Numbered from the stretch's first letter, positions 19,205 through 29,603 are shown. The stretch: 64,000 nucleotides of DNA from Aaplasma endosymbiont of Hyalomma asiaticum (GCA_048496795.1 JBGCXB010000002.1:20621-84620), one strand, 5' to 3'. Notes: generated by a model not told the origin, from the letters alone. Numbers and translations are program-made.

Positions 19205-20716
19205 GTGTTAATGTATGGGAAGGTTTCGGTTGTTGTATATATGAAACATTACAAATTTTTGGAACAGATTTTTGCGAAGATACGCAACATCAGTGGTGTG
19301 GTAAACGAGCTCTGCAAAGGTATGTCGAGCATACCCGACTGTGCCAACAAAATACGTACATTGCAGGAGATTAGGCAAGAGTTAATAGATAGCGATGTTG
19401 TTACGGATGCCCTGAGCAGTTCACTGTCCAATAAAGGGCAGTTGAGTGACTGGGAAGTTGCGAACTTGCACTGCATGAGCAGAATGCACAAGAATCTCAG
19501 AAATATTCCTTCAGATCTTACGAGCTCACTTACGATCGCAAGGGTGAATTGCAAAAATGCGTGGATGTCATTTAAAGAGTCGGGTGGGGAACCTTCTGAT
19601 ACAAAACGCTGTCTTGCTGATGTTGTGAAGTTGTTATCGGAAATTGCTTCAATTAAATCAAGTGATATTAGCGTTGGTGGCAAGTACGACGTAATGCTTA
19701 AGATGCACGATGGGGACTTAGACAGTAAAAGAATCGATGAGGCCTTCACAGACATAGGTGCATTTTTTAGACAATTTTTCGGTGAGGTGTTGGAGAAACA
19801 GAATAGCAGCAAGGTGCACGTTGCAAAGTCGATTTCCTGCGATAAGCAGAAAATGCTTCATGATAGCTTGGTACCATTGATATGTGAGGGCTTTGCTTCA
19901 GAAAACAATAAAAAGCTCGAAGAGCTTGGATATTGCGAATGTGGCTACAGTGAATCCTGGCGTGTTTCATGTTATGAGGACGACTACAGAGTGGGCTTGA
20001 GGGGCGCATTGGAGAACGCAGGGTATGCTCTATATCTCCATAACCTACCCAAAAAGCAGGAGGATCTTCCTGTGGGCGGCTTTGCAGGAAGCGTGATGTA
20101 TGAGGCACAAGGACAGCTGATGTCCTCCCATATCCTGAAGGATAGCAGATTTTTAGAGTTTGCTGTTCCTATATTGAAGAAGCTTCTTTCTTTGCGTGGA
20201 AAAGCTGCGTACATAAGCAACATACAACTTTACCTTTCTCAAGTAAAGCCAGATGTGCTTCTTAGAAGATCAGATGAGGTTTCTATGATAGCTCATATAA
20301 TGTTGAGGTATGCTCTAGAGAAGGAACTGATCAACGGGGATCTAGACGTGAACGACCTTTCTGATGCCTGGGCGCAGGGTATGAAGTACTACTTTGATAC
20401 AGTTCCGCAAAATGACAGCGAGGGGTTTTTGCAGGATGGATACTGGGTATCGGGTATTTTTGGCTACCTACCGAGCAAGTTGCTAGGGGCAATTGCTGCG
20501 ACGCAAATTTTTTATGCTATTCAGGAACAGCGTACAGACATTTTGGGCAAGATCTCTGAGGGAGATTTTACTGACTTGGCAGCCTGGTTGCGTAAGTACA
20601 TATATTCTCATGGAGGACGCTATAGCAGCACAATGATATTGAAGAAAATTACTGGCAAAAGGGTTGATGTTGATTCTTACAAGAACCACTTGGTGAGTAG
20701 ATATTTGAGCATGTGA
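19205..20716 (+). CDS. M32 (carboxypeptidase Taq) family homologue with degenerate catalytic motifs
   Basis: The C-terminal half is collinear with M32 motifs (LRRSDEVS..HIMLRY..GFLQDGYW..FGYLPS), but HEXXH is replaced by ENAGY. The likely start is the ATG at 19241. Confidence 0.72.
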   Translation: MLMYGKVSVVVYMKHYKFLEQIFAKIRNISGVVNELCKGMSSIPDCANKIRTLQEIRQELIDSDVVTDALSSSLSNKGQLSDWEVANLHCMSRMHKNLRNIPSDLTSSLTIARVNCKNAWMSFKESGGEPSDTKRCLADVVKLLSEIASIKSSDISVGGKYDVMLKMHDGDLDSKRIDEAFTDIGAFFRQFFGEVLEKQNSSKVHVAKSISCDKQKMLHDSLVPLICEGFASENNKKLEELGYCECGYSESWRVSCYEDDYRVGLRGALENAGYALYLHNLPKKQEDLPVGGFAGSVMYEAQGQLMSSHILKDSRFLEFAVPILKKLLSLRGKAAYISNIQLYLSQVKPDVLLRRSDEVSMIAHIMLRYALEKELINGDLDVNDLSDAWAQGMKYYFDTVPQNDSEGFLQDGYWVSGIFGYLPSKLLGAIAATQIFYAIQEQRTDILGKISEGDFTDLAAWLRKYIYSHGGRYSSTMILKKITGKRVDVDSYKNHLVSRYLSM

Positions 20717-22737
20717 GTAAGGCAATGGATGATCTTAGCCGTGAAATGAGGGATTTTTGTACAGCTGAGTCGTATTGCACAATGGCGAGTGCCATCAGGG
20801 TTTTGACAGTAGACGCAGTGCAAAATGCTGCATCAGGGCATCCCGGCATGCCTTTAGGAATGGCAGATGTTGCGGCTGTTCTGTTTTCTAAATTTCTTAG
20901 ATTCAGTGTTTGCAATCCGTCTTGGGTGAATAGGGATAGGTTTGTCCTATCAAATGGTCATGGATCCATGCTTGTGTACGCTATTCAGTACCTTTTAGGT
21001 CAGTTGAACATAGAGGACATAAAGAATTTTAGATGTTTACACTCAATAACTCCTGGGCATCCAGAATATGGGGTTACGCCGGGAATTGAAGCGACCACAG
21101 GTCCATTAGGACAAGGTCTGGGTTGTGCCGTGGGCATGGCCATTGCGGAGCGAATGCTTGCTGAGAGGTTCGGGGAGGATTTGGTAAACCATTATACATA
21201 CGCAATGGTAGGCGACGGGTGTTTGATGGAGGGCATTAGCCACGAATCTGCCTCTCTTGCAGGGCATTTAAAACTAAGAAAGCTTATTGTGTTATTTGAT
21301 GACAACGGGATTTCTATAGACGGTAGAACCAGTATAACAACTTCGGATAGTGTAGCGTGCAGGTTTGATGCTTACGGATGGGACTACATAAAAGCAGACG
21401 GACACGACTTTAAACAGATAACGGAAGCAATAGAGGCGGCTAGAGAAGCTGAAAGACCAACCATAATTGCGTTTAAGACAATAATAGGGAAGTCTATGGT
21501 TTCCAAGGAGAATACATCGGCGGCACATAGTTGGCCTTTTACTACTGAAGACGCAGAAGGGGTAAAAAAGTTGCTGGGGTGCAATAGAAATGCTTTTGAC
21601 GTTGAACCTGAAGCATTGTTACTCTGGAAGAGAGTGAGAGAAAGTGCGGAATTGGAATATGATGCATGGTTTAGAAAGGCTGAGAGTTGTGTAGGATTCT
21701 CTGAGCTTTGTAGCAGAGTATCCAGTAAGGGGGTGGAAGAAGACGTTCTTTTTGAGGTTTGTAAATCTTTCAGTATTACGGATTTTCCCGAAGCTACGAG
21801 GAAGTCTTTCGGCAGGGTGTTCGAGCTTCTTGTAAGCAGAGAGGATAAGTTTATTGGTGGGTCTGCTGATTTAACGTCTTCCAATAACACAAGAGCTAGC
21901 ACCGCGCGTCCCATTGTGCAAGGAGATTTTTCTGGCTCATATATTCATTATGGGGTCAGGGAACATGCCATGGGAGCCTGTATGAATGGGATTGCGCTGC
22001 ATGGGGGATTTATTCCATACGGTGGGACATTCTTGGTATTTTCGGATTATTGCAGACCTTCTATAAGATTGTCTGCATTGATGGGATTACAAGTTATTTA
22101 CGTAATGACACATGATTCCATTGGCGTGGGAGAAGATGGTCCTACGCACCAACCTGTGGAGCATCTTGCATCACTTAGGGTAATACCAAATCTATATGTT
22201 TTTAGGCCTGCTGATGCCGTAGAGGTATTGGAATGCTGTAGTATTGCCTTGAGGCTTATTAAGTCACCCTCTCTTTTCGTGTTAACAAGACAGAATGTGC
22301 GGCGCGTTCGTGCTGGTGATCCAAGTGTGAATTTATCGGAGAGGGGTGCTTATATCCTTGAAGAGTCAGAAGGTGATATTTTGCAGGTCACTATTTTTGC
22401 GACAGGCTCTGAAGTTGGAATTGCCTTGGAGGCGAGAGAGGTTCTGTATAAGGATTATGGTGTTGGGACAAGGGTAGTATCGATCCCATGTTCGAGGATA
22501 TTTGATCAACAAGAAAAAGAGTATGTAGATGCTATATTAAGCAACGATAGTTTAAAGGTGGCTGTCGAAGCGGCTAGTTCATGGGGGTGGCATAAGTATT
22601 TGGGGCAAGATGGGATGTTTGTAGGACTAGACGAATTTGGCGCTTCTGGAAAGTGCGAGGACCTGTATAAATATTTTGGCATCACTAAAGAAAATTTAGT
22701 TGCAAAAATAATTGCCAAACTACACCTTAACGCATGA
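20713..22737 (+). CDS. tkt: transketolase
   Basis: SGHPGMPLGMAD, GDGCLMEGISHE and THDSIGVGEDGPTHQP motifs. Confidence 0.95.
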   Translation: MSKAMDDLSREMRDFCTAESYCTMASAIRVLTVDAVQNAASGHPGMPLGMADVAAVLFSKFLRFSVCNPSWVNRDRFVLSNGHGSMLVYAIQYLLGQLNIEDIKNFRCLHSITPGHPEYGVTPGIEATTGPLGQGLGCAVGMAIAERMLAERFGEDLVNHYTYAMVGDGCLMEGISHESASLAGHLKLRKLIVLFDDNGISIDGRTSITTSDSVACRFDAYGWDYIKADGHDFKQITEAIEAAREAERPTIIAFKTIIGKSMVSKENTSAAHSWPFTTEDAEGVKKLLGCNRNAFDVEPEALLLWKRVRESAELEYDAWFRKAESCVGFSELCSRVSSKGVEEDVLFEVCKSFSITDFPEATRKSFGRVFELLVSREDKFIGGSADLTSSNNTRASTARPIVQGDFSGSYIHYGVREHAMGACMNGIALHGGFIPYGGTFLVFSDYCRPSIRLSALMGLQVIYVMTHDSIGVGEDGPTHQPVEHLASLRVIPNLYVFRPADAVEVLECCSIALRLIKSPSLFVLTRQNVRRVRAGDPSVNLSERGAYILEESEGDILQVTIFATGSEVGIALEAREVLYKDYGVGTRVVSIPCSRIFDQQEKEYVDAILSNDSLKVAVEAASSWGWHKYLGQDGMFVGLDEFGASGKCEDLYKYFGITKENLVAKIIAKLHLNA

Positions 22738-22752
22738 TGCTGCTGACATTGG

Positions 22753-23010
22753 GTGAAATTGATGATGTTTTCTGTTTTTGTCTTGCTGGTGTGTAGTGCT
22801 GCGATGTTGTTCAAGGTCGTAACAGCGGGCAGTGTTTATGATAAGATTCTGGGGCTTAATGTATTCAGCACATGCATGGTTGTGTCCATAGTGGCTTTAG
22901 GGTTTGCGCTTGACGCAGTTGAGTTTTTTATTGATGTATCTCTCATGTATGCTTGTGTGGGTCTTGTAGCTGCTGTTGCGTTTGCGAAATTTTTTTCGGT
23001 TACTACTTAA
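22753..23010 (+). CDS. mrpF: monovalent cation/H+ antiporter subunit F (MrpF/MnhF)
   Basis: 85 aa with 3 TM helices. The C-terminal motif DVSLMYACVGLVAAVAFAKFF is typical of MrpF. GTG start. Confidence 0.75.
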   Translation: MKLMMFSVFVLLVCSAAMLFKVVTAGSVYDKILGLNVFSTCMVVSIVALGFALDAVEFFIDVSLMYACVGLVAAVAFAKFFSVTT

Positions 23011-23021
23011 GGAGACAATAG

Positions 23022-23321
23022 GTGATTTCAACGTTAGGAATATGTCTCTTTTGTTTGGGGATTGCTTTCAAAGTCATTTCGGTTATAGGAGTTTTTAGGT
23101 TTTCTGACTTTTGTTCCAGGGTCCATGCCGCAGGTATAGTGGACTCTGCGGGGATGACCCTGACTCTTGTTGGGATTGCGATGCAGTATGGGTTTTCCAT
23201 GTTAGTACTAAAGATTTTGGTGCTAATATGTCTTTTATTGGTTACCAACACGACTATGTGTAACATTTTGACCAGTGCCGCTTGTAATGCTAAGGGTAAT
23301 AATGAGGAGTTGGATAACTGA
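23022..23321 (+). CDS. mrpG: monovalent cation/H+ antiporter subunit G (MrpG/MnhG)
   Basis: GVFRFSDFCSRVHAAGIVDSAG matches the MnhG signature (R.PD.y.R.HA.g). Confidence 0.78.
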   Translation: MISTLGICLFCLGIAFKVISVIGVFRFSDFCSRVHAAGIVDSAGMTLTLVGIAMQYGFSMLVLKILVLICLLLVTNTTMCNILTSAACNAKGNNEELDN

Positions 23322-23324
23322 GTA

Positions 23325-23879
23325 ATGTTAGAAAGCGTAGAAATAATTGACTGGATACTTTTGACATTTTTGACAGTTTCTGCTGTTTCTGTGGTATTCG
23401 TCGATAATTTGCTTGTTAATATGGTTGTAATGTGTGCATTCAGCATCTCTATTGCCGCTTTGTACTTAGTAATGAATGCTCCAGACGTTGCTATCACAGA
23501 GGCTGCGGTGGGTGCGGGGTTCAGTACGGTGCTGATGTTAGTTGTTCTGTTGCATCTTGGGTATAAGACCAAAATTGGAAAATGGTCTGATTATGGCAAG
23601 CTGGGGTTAATGGGTGCTGGAGTGCTTGCTGGGGCACTGTTCCTAATTCTGTCTTATGGGGTAATGGATCTACCTGAGTTTGGTGACCGTGCATCACCGG
23701 CGAACGCAGCTGCAACTGTGTCGTATGTGAGCAACGCTTACAGCTACACAGGCATACCCAATCTGGTCACAGCTATATTGGCAAGTTTTCGTGGATACGA
23801 TACCATGTGTGAAACGGTGGTAGTTTTTGCAGCATCTGTTAGTGTTTCATTGTTGATTGGTAAGGGCAGTGGGAAGTAG
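23325..23879 (+). CDS. stand-alone MrpA-C-terminal-like (MbhD/MbhE, DUF4040) antiporter subunit
   Basis: NAPDVAITEAAVGAG (DUF4040 signature) and NLVTAILASFRGYDTMCETVVVF (MnhB-N/MbhE signature). Confidence 0.7.
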   Translation: MLESVEIIDWILLTFLTVSAVSVVFVDNLLVNMVVMCAFSISIAALYLVMNAPDVAITEAAVGAGFSTVLMLVVLLHLGYKTKIGKWSDYGKLGLMGAGVLAGALFLILSYGVMDLPEFGDRASPANAAATVSYVSNAYSYTGIPNLVTAILASFRGYDTMCETVVVFAASVSVSLLIGKGSGK

Positions 23880-24318
23880 TGTAAGGAACGCTGGAATACT
23901 GAGTGGAGATTCAGCGCTTCGCTATATTGTATCCTTCATGTTTTCTGTGATACTCATATACGGGTTTTATGTCCATTTCCACGGTGATTACAGCCCAGGT
24001 GGGGGATTTCAAGGTGGTGTAGTTGTTGCGTCTGCGGTAATCTTGTACGCAATGGTTTTTGGATGTTCCCAAGTTTGTATGGCGCTACCTAGCTTGGGTG
24101 CCGTTGCCGCTATTGGGTTGTTCATTTACTTTGTGACAGGTATAGTATCAGTATTTCTAGGAGGGAGTTTTTTGTCTTATATATTTCTGCTTTTTGATTC
24201 GGTGACCGAGCAGAAATTAGGTGTATTTGTTGTTGAGCTGGGGGTGGGGCTCACTGTGTTTTCCTCTGTTGTCAGCATTTATTTTGACTTTGCATCGTTG
24301 CAAAATGATATACACTGA
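23857..24318 (+). CDS. mrpB: monovalent cation/H+ antiporter subunit B (MrpB/MnhB domain)
   Basis: HGDYSPGGGFQGGVV is the core MnhB motif. The start is uncertain (TTG 23857, GTG 23869 or ATG 23938). Confidence 0.75.
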   Translation: MVRAVGSSVRNAGILSGDSALRYIVSFMFSVILIYGFYVHFHGDYSPGGGFQGGVVVASAVILYAMVFGCSQVCMALPSLGAVAAIGLFIYFVTGIVSVFLGGSFLSYIFLLFDSVTEQKLGVFVVELGVGLTVFSSVVSIYFDFASLQNDIH

Positions 24319-24378
24319 GTTCAGCAGCCCCGTGATTTTGCTTTAGTTGGTGTTGCGAGCTTTTGTACATGAGTAGAA

Positions 24379-24705
24379 ATGCAGATGGCTTTCGTGGTGT
24401 CGCACATAAACTATGTTGTTAGTACGTTTTTGCTCGTATTGGGGTTGTTTGTTATTATTACTGGTAGTAATCGCGTAAAGCAGCTTGTGGGTTTGAGTAT
24501 TTTTCAGACTTCTGTGCTGTTATTTTATGTTTCTTTGGGGTATGTGAGTGCTTCCAAGGCTCCGATACTTTCAAGTGAATACCCCGTTGGGGTGTTATAC
24601 AGTAACCCGCTGCCCGGTGTGTTGATGTTGACCGCAATAGTTGTTGGCGTAGCAACAATGGCTGTGGGGCTTGCTATGGTCATAAGAATAGAGAAGCAGT
24701 CTTGA
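24379..24705 (+). CDS. mrpC: monovalent cation/H+ antiporter subunit C (MrpC/MnhC, NuoK-like)
   Basis: 108 aa with 3 TM helices and a NuoK/4L-like pattern (GLSIFQTSVLLFYV, LTAIVVGVA). Confidence 0.75.
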   Translation: MQMAFVVSHINYVVSTFLLVLGLFVIITGSNRVKQLVGLSIFQTSVLLFYVSLGYVSASKAPILSSEYPVGVLYSNPLPGVLMLTAIVVGVATMAVGLAMVIRIEKQS

Positions 24706-24802
24706 TATTGGTCGTGTCCTCTATTTAGCAGTGTGTAGCTTTAGGTTTGTGATTGCATACTTGTATGCTTAGGGTAATTTTTAGTAGTTTAGTTATTGTT
24801 GG

Positions 24803-26695
24803 TTGTGTTTTGTGTCTAATAGTAATACTGGAAGGAGAATACTTATTGATGCCGCGTACGTTGATGAGGTAAGAGTTGCGGTTGTTGATGAAGGGAGAGT
24901 TGTTGAATTTGATCAAGAGTTAAAGGATAGAAAACAGTTTCGTGGTGGCAACATATATTACGCAGTTGTCAGGCGTATTGAACCTTCGCTCCAGGCTGTC
25001 TTCATAGAGTATGGCATGGGCAAGCATGGGTTTTTGCCGTTTTCTGAGATATCTGTAGATAATTATCAACTCCCTCCTGAGGAAAAGGAAGCCTTAGTAA
25101 AAACCGTTTACGGTGGTGCTCAAGGGGAGATTAATGAGCCTCATGAAGATGAGGAAAATATACAGCAACGTGATGACGATGCGTGTAATGATGAGGAGGG
25201 TAAGCTCGGCGAAGATCGTGCGGCAATGCATAAAAGTGCCTCGAACAAGAGTGGTAAATCTAAATTATCGCTACACAAGATGTACAAAGTACAGAACGTG
25301 ATAAAAGTGGATCAAAGGCTAATGGTTCAGATTGTAAAAGAGGAGCGCGGCAGCAAGTGTGCCACTTTTTCTACCTACATAGTTCTTGCAGGTAGATACT
25401 GTATTTTTATGCCTAATTCTGGGAACAAAAATAGTGGCATATCCAGGCGTATAGAAGATTGTGATAATAGGAGGAGCCTGAAGGAATTAATTGGCGAAAT
25501 TAAGCTACCCAAGGAGTCGGGTATAATTATAAGAACTGCGGGTAGTAATAAAAGCCAAAAGGAAATAGAACAAGATTTAGCATATTTGCGAGCTACATGG
25601 GATGAGATATGTGCACATTGTAACACTCTTGAGCATCCATCCTTGTTATATGTCGAGGCTGATATAATAAGGAGAACACTAAGAGATTTTTGTAGTGAAG
25701 GTGTACACGAGATCGTTGTTGCTGGCAATAAAGCATACTGTCAGGTTAAGGAATACGCCAAGTGCATGTTGGGAAACAAGTTGCGTGTTAGGATGTACAA
25801 GGGGGGTGTTCCTATATTTGCCCATTATAGGATCAATTCACAGATTTTGGAATTATATACGGATAAGGTTCACCTACCGTCTGGTGGCTATTTAGTAATA
25901 ACTCCGACAGAGGCGTTAGTTTCTGTTGACGTAAATTCCGGGAGAATGACAGGGGAGGACAGCATAGAGGAGACTGCTTACAGAACAAACATGGAAGCTG
26001 TCAAAGAGATAGCAAGACAGGTAAGTCTTCGCGGGCTATCAGGGCTCATTATAATAGACTTCATAGACATGGTTAAATACAGGTATTGTCGCGCTGTAGA
26101 GGCGGAAGTCCGAGAAGCCTTTAAGGGAGACAGAGCGAAGGTGCAGTTCGGTTACATCAGCACTTTCGGGCTTATGGAGATATCTAGGCAACGCGTGAAG
26201 CAGAGTATACTAGAAACGAGTACCGTTCAGTGTCTGCATTGCAAAGGTGTTGGCAGAATCAGGTCGTGGGAGTCGATTTCTGCGAGTATACTGCGCGACG
26301 TGAGTTATGCTGCCAATAAGCATCCAGAGAAAATTATAGTTGTTACTACTGCATCGCAGATTGTGTCATACCTGTTCAACAATAAGCGTAAGTATATAAA
26401 TGATCTGGAAAATGAGTTCAAAGTTCTCATTAGATTGGAAATAAGTGATGGCGCGCAAATGTCAGATTTCAGCATCCGTGTGGAGAAGGGGTACGCTAGC
26501 GCCGTAAACGACGAATCTGCAGAGCCGGTGCATGTCGTTCCCAAGATGGCAAAGGAAGAAAAATGTAAGGAATCCGAAGGAGTTACCGAGGGGACGCCGC
26601 GAAAAGAATCCTCGAGTCAAGTTCAAGAGGCGAGTACCCAGGCTACAGGATGGATAAATAAATGGTTAACTAGAGTTCTTGATAACGTATCTTAA
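24803..26695 (+). CDS. rne: ribonuclease E/G family endoribonuclease (RNase E catalytic domain)
   Basis: The N-terminus RILIDAAYVDEVRVAVVDEGRV..NIYYAVVRRIEPSLQAVFIEYG is collinear with E. coli RNase E. VDVNSG, the IIDFIDM DNase I-like site and a CPxCxG-like Zn-link (CLHCKGVG) are present. Confidence 0.88.
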   Translation: MCFVSNSNTGRRILIDAAYVDEVRVAVVDEGRVVEFDQELKDRKQFRGGNIYYAVVRRIEPSLQAVFIEYGMGKHGFLPFSEISVDNYQLPPEEKEALVKTVYGGAQGEINEPHEDEENIQQRDDDACNDEEGKLGEDRAAMHKSASNKSGKSKLSLHKMYKVQNVIKVDQRLMVQIVKEERGSKCATFSTYIVLAGRYCIFMPNSGNKNSGISRRIEDCDNRRSLKELIGEIKLPKESGIIIRTAGSNKSQKEIEQDLAYLRATWDEICAHCNTLEHPSLLYVEADIIRRTLRDFCSEGVHEIVVAGNKAYCQVKEYAKCMLGNKLRVRMYKGGVPIFAHYRINSQILELYTDKVHLPSGGYLVITPTEALVSVDVNSGRMTGEDSIEETAYRTNMEAVKEIARQVSLRGLSGLIIIDFIDMVKYRYCRAVEAEVREAFKGDRAKVQFGYISTFGLMEISRQRVKQSILETSTVQCLHCKGVGRIRSWESISASILRDVSYAANKHPEKIIVVTTASQIVSYLFNNKRKYINDLENEFKVLIRLEISDGAQMSDFSIRVEKGYASAVNDESAEPVHVVPKMAKEEKCKESEGVTEGTPRKESSSQVQEASTQATGWINKWLTRVLDNVS

Positions 26696-26978
26696 AAATA
26701 TCTCTAATCTAAGCCATGCGGGAAGAAAAGCGCTGTCACGGTTAAGCGTGGTATTGCGTTTTTATTTTCTATCGATGGCTTAGTAGTTTTTTATGTGGTC
26801 TCTTTTCTTACTTCGTGGACAAGTATCATGCGTGTGCTGCTGTTACAGGGTGTTGTTGTCTTGTTGTGTGAAATTTGAAACACATAATTTTTCTAATTTT
26901 TGGAGAGAGGGTTGTAATTTCAAACTTTGGTGATTATATCTACCGTGTCCTAGTTTTTTGTTTCGTGTGGGGGTAATC

Positions 26979-28919
26979 ATGGCTGCTGAGCGTATTATAG
27001 GTATAGATCTGGGTACTACGAACTCCTGTGTTGCAGTTATGGAGGCAGGTACCGCAAAGGTGATAGAGAATAGCGAGGGTTCGAGGACTACCCCTTCAGT
27101 AGTGGCGTTTACAGACAGTGAAAGACTGGTAGGAGAATTAGCAAAACGACAAGCGAATATAAATGCTCAGAACACAATATACGCCAGTAAGAGGATCATT
27201 GGGCGTAGATATGATGATATGCGGGATGTTAAGTGTTCTTATGAGATATTTCCTGCTAAGAATGGGGATGCATGGATACGTGCAAGGGGAGAGGGATATT
27301 CTCCTGTGCAGGTGGGTGCGTTTATTCTGGAGAAGATAAAGGAAACAGCAGAGAGGTACTTCGGCGCTCCCGTAAAGAAGGCCGTAATTACCGTTCCCGC
27401 GTACTTTAACGATGCTCAGCGGCAGGCCACAAAGGATGCTGGTACTATTGCTGGGCTTGATGTGGTCAGAATAATAAATGAGCCTACAGCAGCTGCTCTG
27501 GCTTACGGGCTTGATAAAGGTGATAAGCAGAAGACAATAGTTGTGTATGACCTTGGTGGGGGTACATTTGATGTTTCTGTACTGGAAATCGCAGATGGGG
27601 TATTTGAGGTTAAGGCAACTAACGGTGATACCAGACTGGGAGGCGAAGACTTTGATAATGCCATCATGGAACACATGATGGATGCCTTTAAGAAGGAGAC
27701 AGGTATTAACCTTAAAAATGATCCAATGGCTGTACAGAGGATTAAGGAGGCTGCTGAGAAGGCCAAAATAGAACTGTCCACTAGGTTGGAGACGGATATC
27801 ACCCTACCGTTCATCTCAAGCGACAGCACGGGCGCTAAGCATCTCAGCTTGAAGCTCACTAGGGCTAAGTTTGAGAGTTTGGTAGACGAATTGATCGAGC
27901 GCACAATTGAGCCTTGCAGAAAGGCCCTGAGTGATGCTGGAATTAAGGATGGTAGCAAGGTGGATGAGGTTGTTCTTGTTGGTGGCATGACAAGGGTACC
28001 TAAGGTTATACAGAGAGTAAAAGACTTTTTTGGTAAGGAACCTTGTAAAGGTGTTAATCCGGATGAAGTTGTAGCTGTTGGCGCGGCTATCCAGGGAGGT
28101 ATTCTTACTGGTGATGTGAGAGATGTGTTGCTTCTGGATGTTGCTCCGCTGTCGTTAGGCATTGAGACTCTCGGGGGTGTATTTACTCCGCTTATTGAGC
28201 GTAATACCACGATTCCTACTAAGAAATCCCAGGTGTTTTCAACTGCTGAAGATGGGCAAACTGCTGTTACCATAAAGGTATATCAGGGTGAAAGGAAGAT
28301 GGCTGTTGATAATAAGCTGCTTGGTCAGTTCAGCCTGGAAGGTATTCCTTCGGCGCCTCGTGGTATTCCGCAGATTGAAGTAACATTTGACATTGATGCC
28401 AACGGTATAGTGCATGTGTCTGCAAAGGACAAGGCTTCCGGTAAGGAACAGACAATAAAAATACAGTCTTCGGGTGGGTTGACCGATGACGAGATAAAGA
28501 AGATGGTTCAGGATGCTCAGGAAAGAGCTGCGGAAGATGAGAAGCGCAAGAAGTATGTTGAGCTCAAAAACAGTGCGGATAGCCTAATTCACTCAGTTGA
28601 AAAGTCCTTAAAGGATTATGGAGATAAGGTAAGCAGTTCTGATAAGTCCAGCATAGAGAGTGCTGTAAAGGACTTGAGGGAGTGTGTTAGTTCTGGTGAT
28701 GGCAATTCTGATATATTGCAGCAGAAGTACGATGCTTTGATGAGCCTTTCTATGAAATTAGGGGAGGCTGCCTATGCCAATAAGGAAGGGGCTTCTTCCT
28801 CTGCTGGTGGTACTGCAGGAAGTGGAGAAGGTGGAGCATCATCGGAAAATCCTGAGGAGCGTGTTGTGGATTCAGAGTACCAGGAAATAAATAAGGATGA
28901 GGATAAGAAGAACACTTAG
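26979..28919 (+). CDS. dnaK: molecular chaperone DnaK (Hsp70)
   Basis: [26 protein letters not shown], and full-length collinearity with Hsp70. The ATG at 26979 gives the canonical N-terminus. Confidence 0.97.
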   Translation: MAAERIIGIDLGTTNSCVAVMEAGTAKVIENSEGSRTTPSVVAFTDSERLVGELAKRQANINAQNTIYASKRIIGRRYDDMRDVKCSYEIFPAKNGDAWIRARGEGYSPVQVGAFILEKIKETAERYFGAPVKKAVITVPAYFNDAQRQATKDAGTIAGLDVVRIINEPTAAALAYGLDKGDKQKTIVVYDLGGGTFDVSVLEIADGVFEVKATNGDTRLGGEDFDNAIMEHMMDAFKKETGINLKNDPMAVQRIKEAAEKAKIELSTRLETDITLPFISSDSTGAKHLSLKLTRAKFESLVDELIERTIEPCRKALSDAGIKDGSKVDEVVLVGGMTRVPKVIQRVKDFFGKEPCKGVNPDEVVAVGAAIQGGILTGDVRDVLLLDVAPLSLGIETLGGVFTPLIERNTTIPTKKSQVFSTAEDGQTAVTIKVYQGERKMAVDNKLLGQFSLEGIPSAPRGIPQIEVTFDIDANGIVHVSAKDKASGKEQTIKIQSSGGLTDDEIKKMVQDAQERAAEDEKRKKYVELKNSADSLIHSVEKSLKDYGDKVSSSDKSSIESAVKDLRECVSSGDGNSDILQQKYDALMSLSMKLGEAAYANKEGASSSAGGTAGSGEGGASSENPEERVVDSEYQEINKDEDKKNT

Positions 28920-29123
28920 GTATTGATAAGGGACTGGGGGTCTGGTATCATCCGCAGGGGTCTGCGTTGTACGTGTAGGTTGAAAGTTCCTCGAGCCCGA
29001 TTTGTTCATATAGGGAGCCGTCACTGACGATTTCGTGTAGGTCGTTATATGGCGCCCACCTTAGCTTTAGTCTCAGGACACTAAGCAAAGAGTTACGGCA
29101 AATGCGGATCCCTGTCTCTTTCC

Positions 29124-29603
29124 TTGTTGTGTGAGCTTATGGATAGGTCAAGAAATGGGCTGTGCCGAGGAGAGATACTCAAGTTTTCTGCTGTTGAGCT
29201 TTTTTCCATAGTTCTAGACGTTGAAAAGTATCCGGAGTTTTTGCCGTGGTGCAAAGATGTTGTGATTATCGGTAAAAACAAGGAATACATGGATGTAGAG
29301 CTAATTGCTGGTTTTATGTCTATGAAGGGGAAGTACACATCTCGTGTGCAGTTTTCTAAACCCACGAAAGAAAACGCGGGATGGATTGAAGCGAAATCCA
29401 ACGATGGGATTTTTAAGTCTTTATATTGCAAGTGGAATTTTGTACCAAGAGGAGAGAGGGAGACTCTTGTCGAATTTTCTGTGGACTTTTCTTTCAAGAG
29501 CAGTGTCTTACAGTTTGCGTTTGACATGGTTTCCGGTGCTGCGCAGTTGCACATAGCTCGTGCATTCAGGAACAGGGCATACGAGCTGCTAAATAGCAAG
29601 TAG
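29124..29603 (+). CDS. SRPBCC/START-fold protein, RatA/Coq10 (ubiquinone-binding) family
   Basis: LFSIVLDVEKYPEFLPWC is the family-typical motif. About 150 aa. The probable start is the ATG at 29139. Confidence 0.72.
   Translation: MLCELMDRSRNGLCRGEILKFSAVELFSIVLDVEKYPEFLPWCKDVVIIGKNKEYMDVELIAGFMSMKGKYTSRVQFSKPTKENAGWIEAKSNDGIFKSLYCKWNFVPRGERETLVEFSVDFSFKSSVLQFAFDMVSGAAQLHIARAFRNRAYELLNSK

Noticed and set aside
23857-23879. 23-nt overlap between the DUF4040-like ORF and mrpB, which could signal a frameshifted single gene
   Set aside because: The two ORFs correspond to distinct, normally separable modules (MbhD/E-like and MnhB). Several downstream in-frame start codons (23869, 23938) remove most of the overlap.
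26696-26978. Search for a sigma-32 heat-shock promoter or CIRCE operator upstream of dnaK
   Set aside because: Only a TTGAAA hexamer without a properly spaced CCCCAT-like -10 was found, and there is no TTAGCACTC-N9-GAGTGCTAA inverted repeat. This is not supportable.
27503-28273. 256-aa ORF antisense to dnaK
   Set aside because: It is a shadow ORF. Its sequence is low-complexity and Ser/Thr/Pro-rich, and it is fully contained in the unmistakable dnaK frame on the other strand.
28953-28966. Possible terminator hairpin after dnaK (CGCAG-GGGT-CTGCG)
   Set aside because: It has only a 5-bp stem and no real T-tract, so it is too weak to call.
29093-29599. 168-aa ORF antisense to the RatA/Coq10-like gene
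   Set aside because: The plus-strand frame carries the family motif (EKYPEFLPWC). The antisense frame has none.
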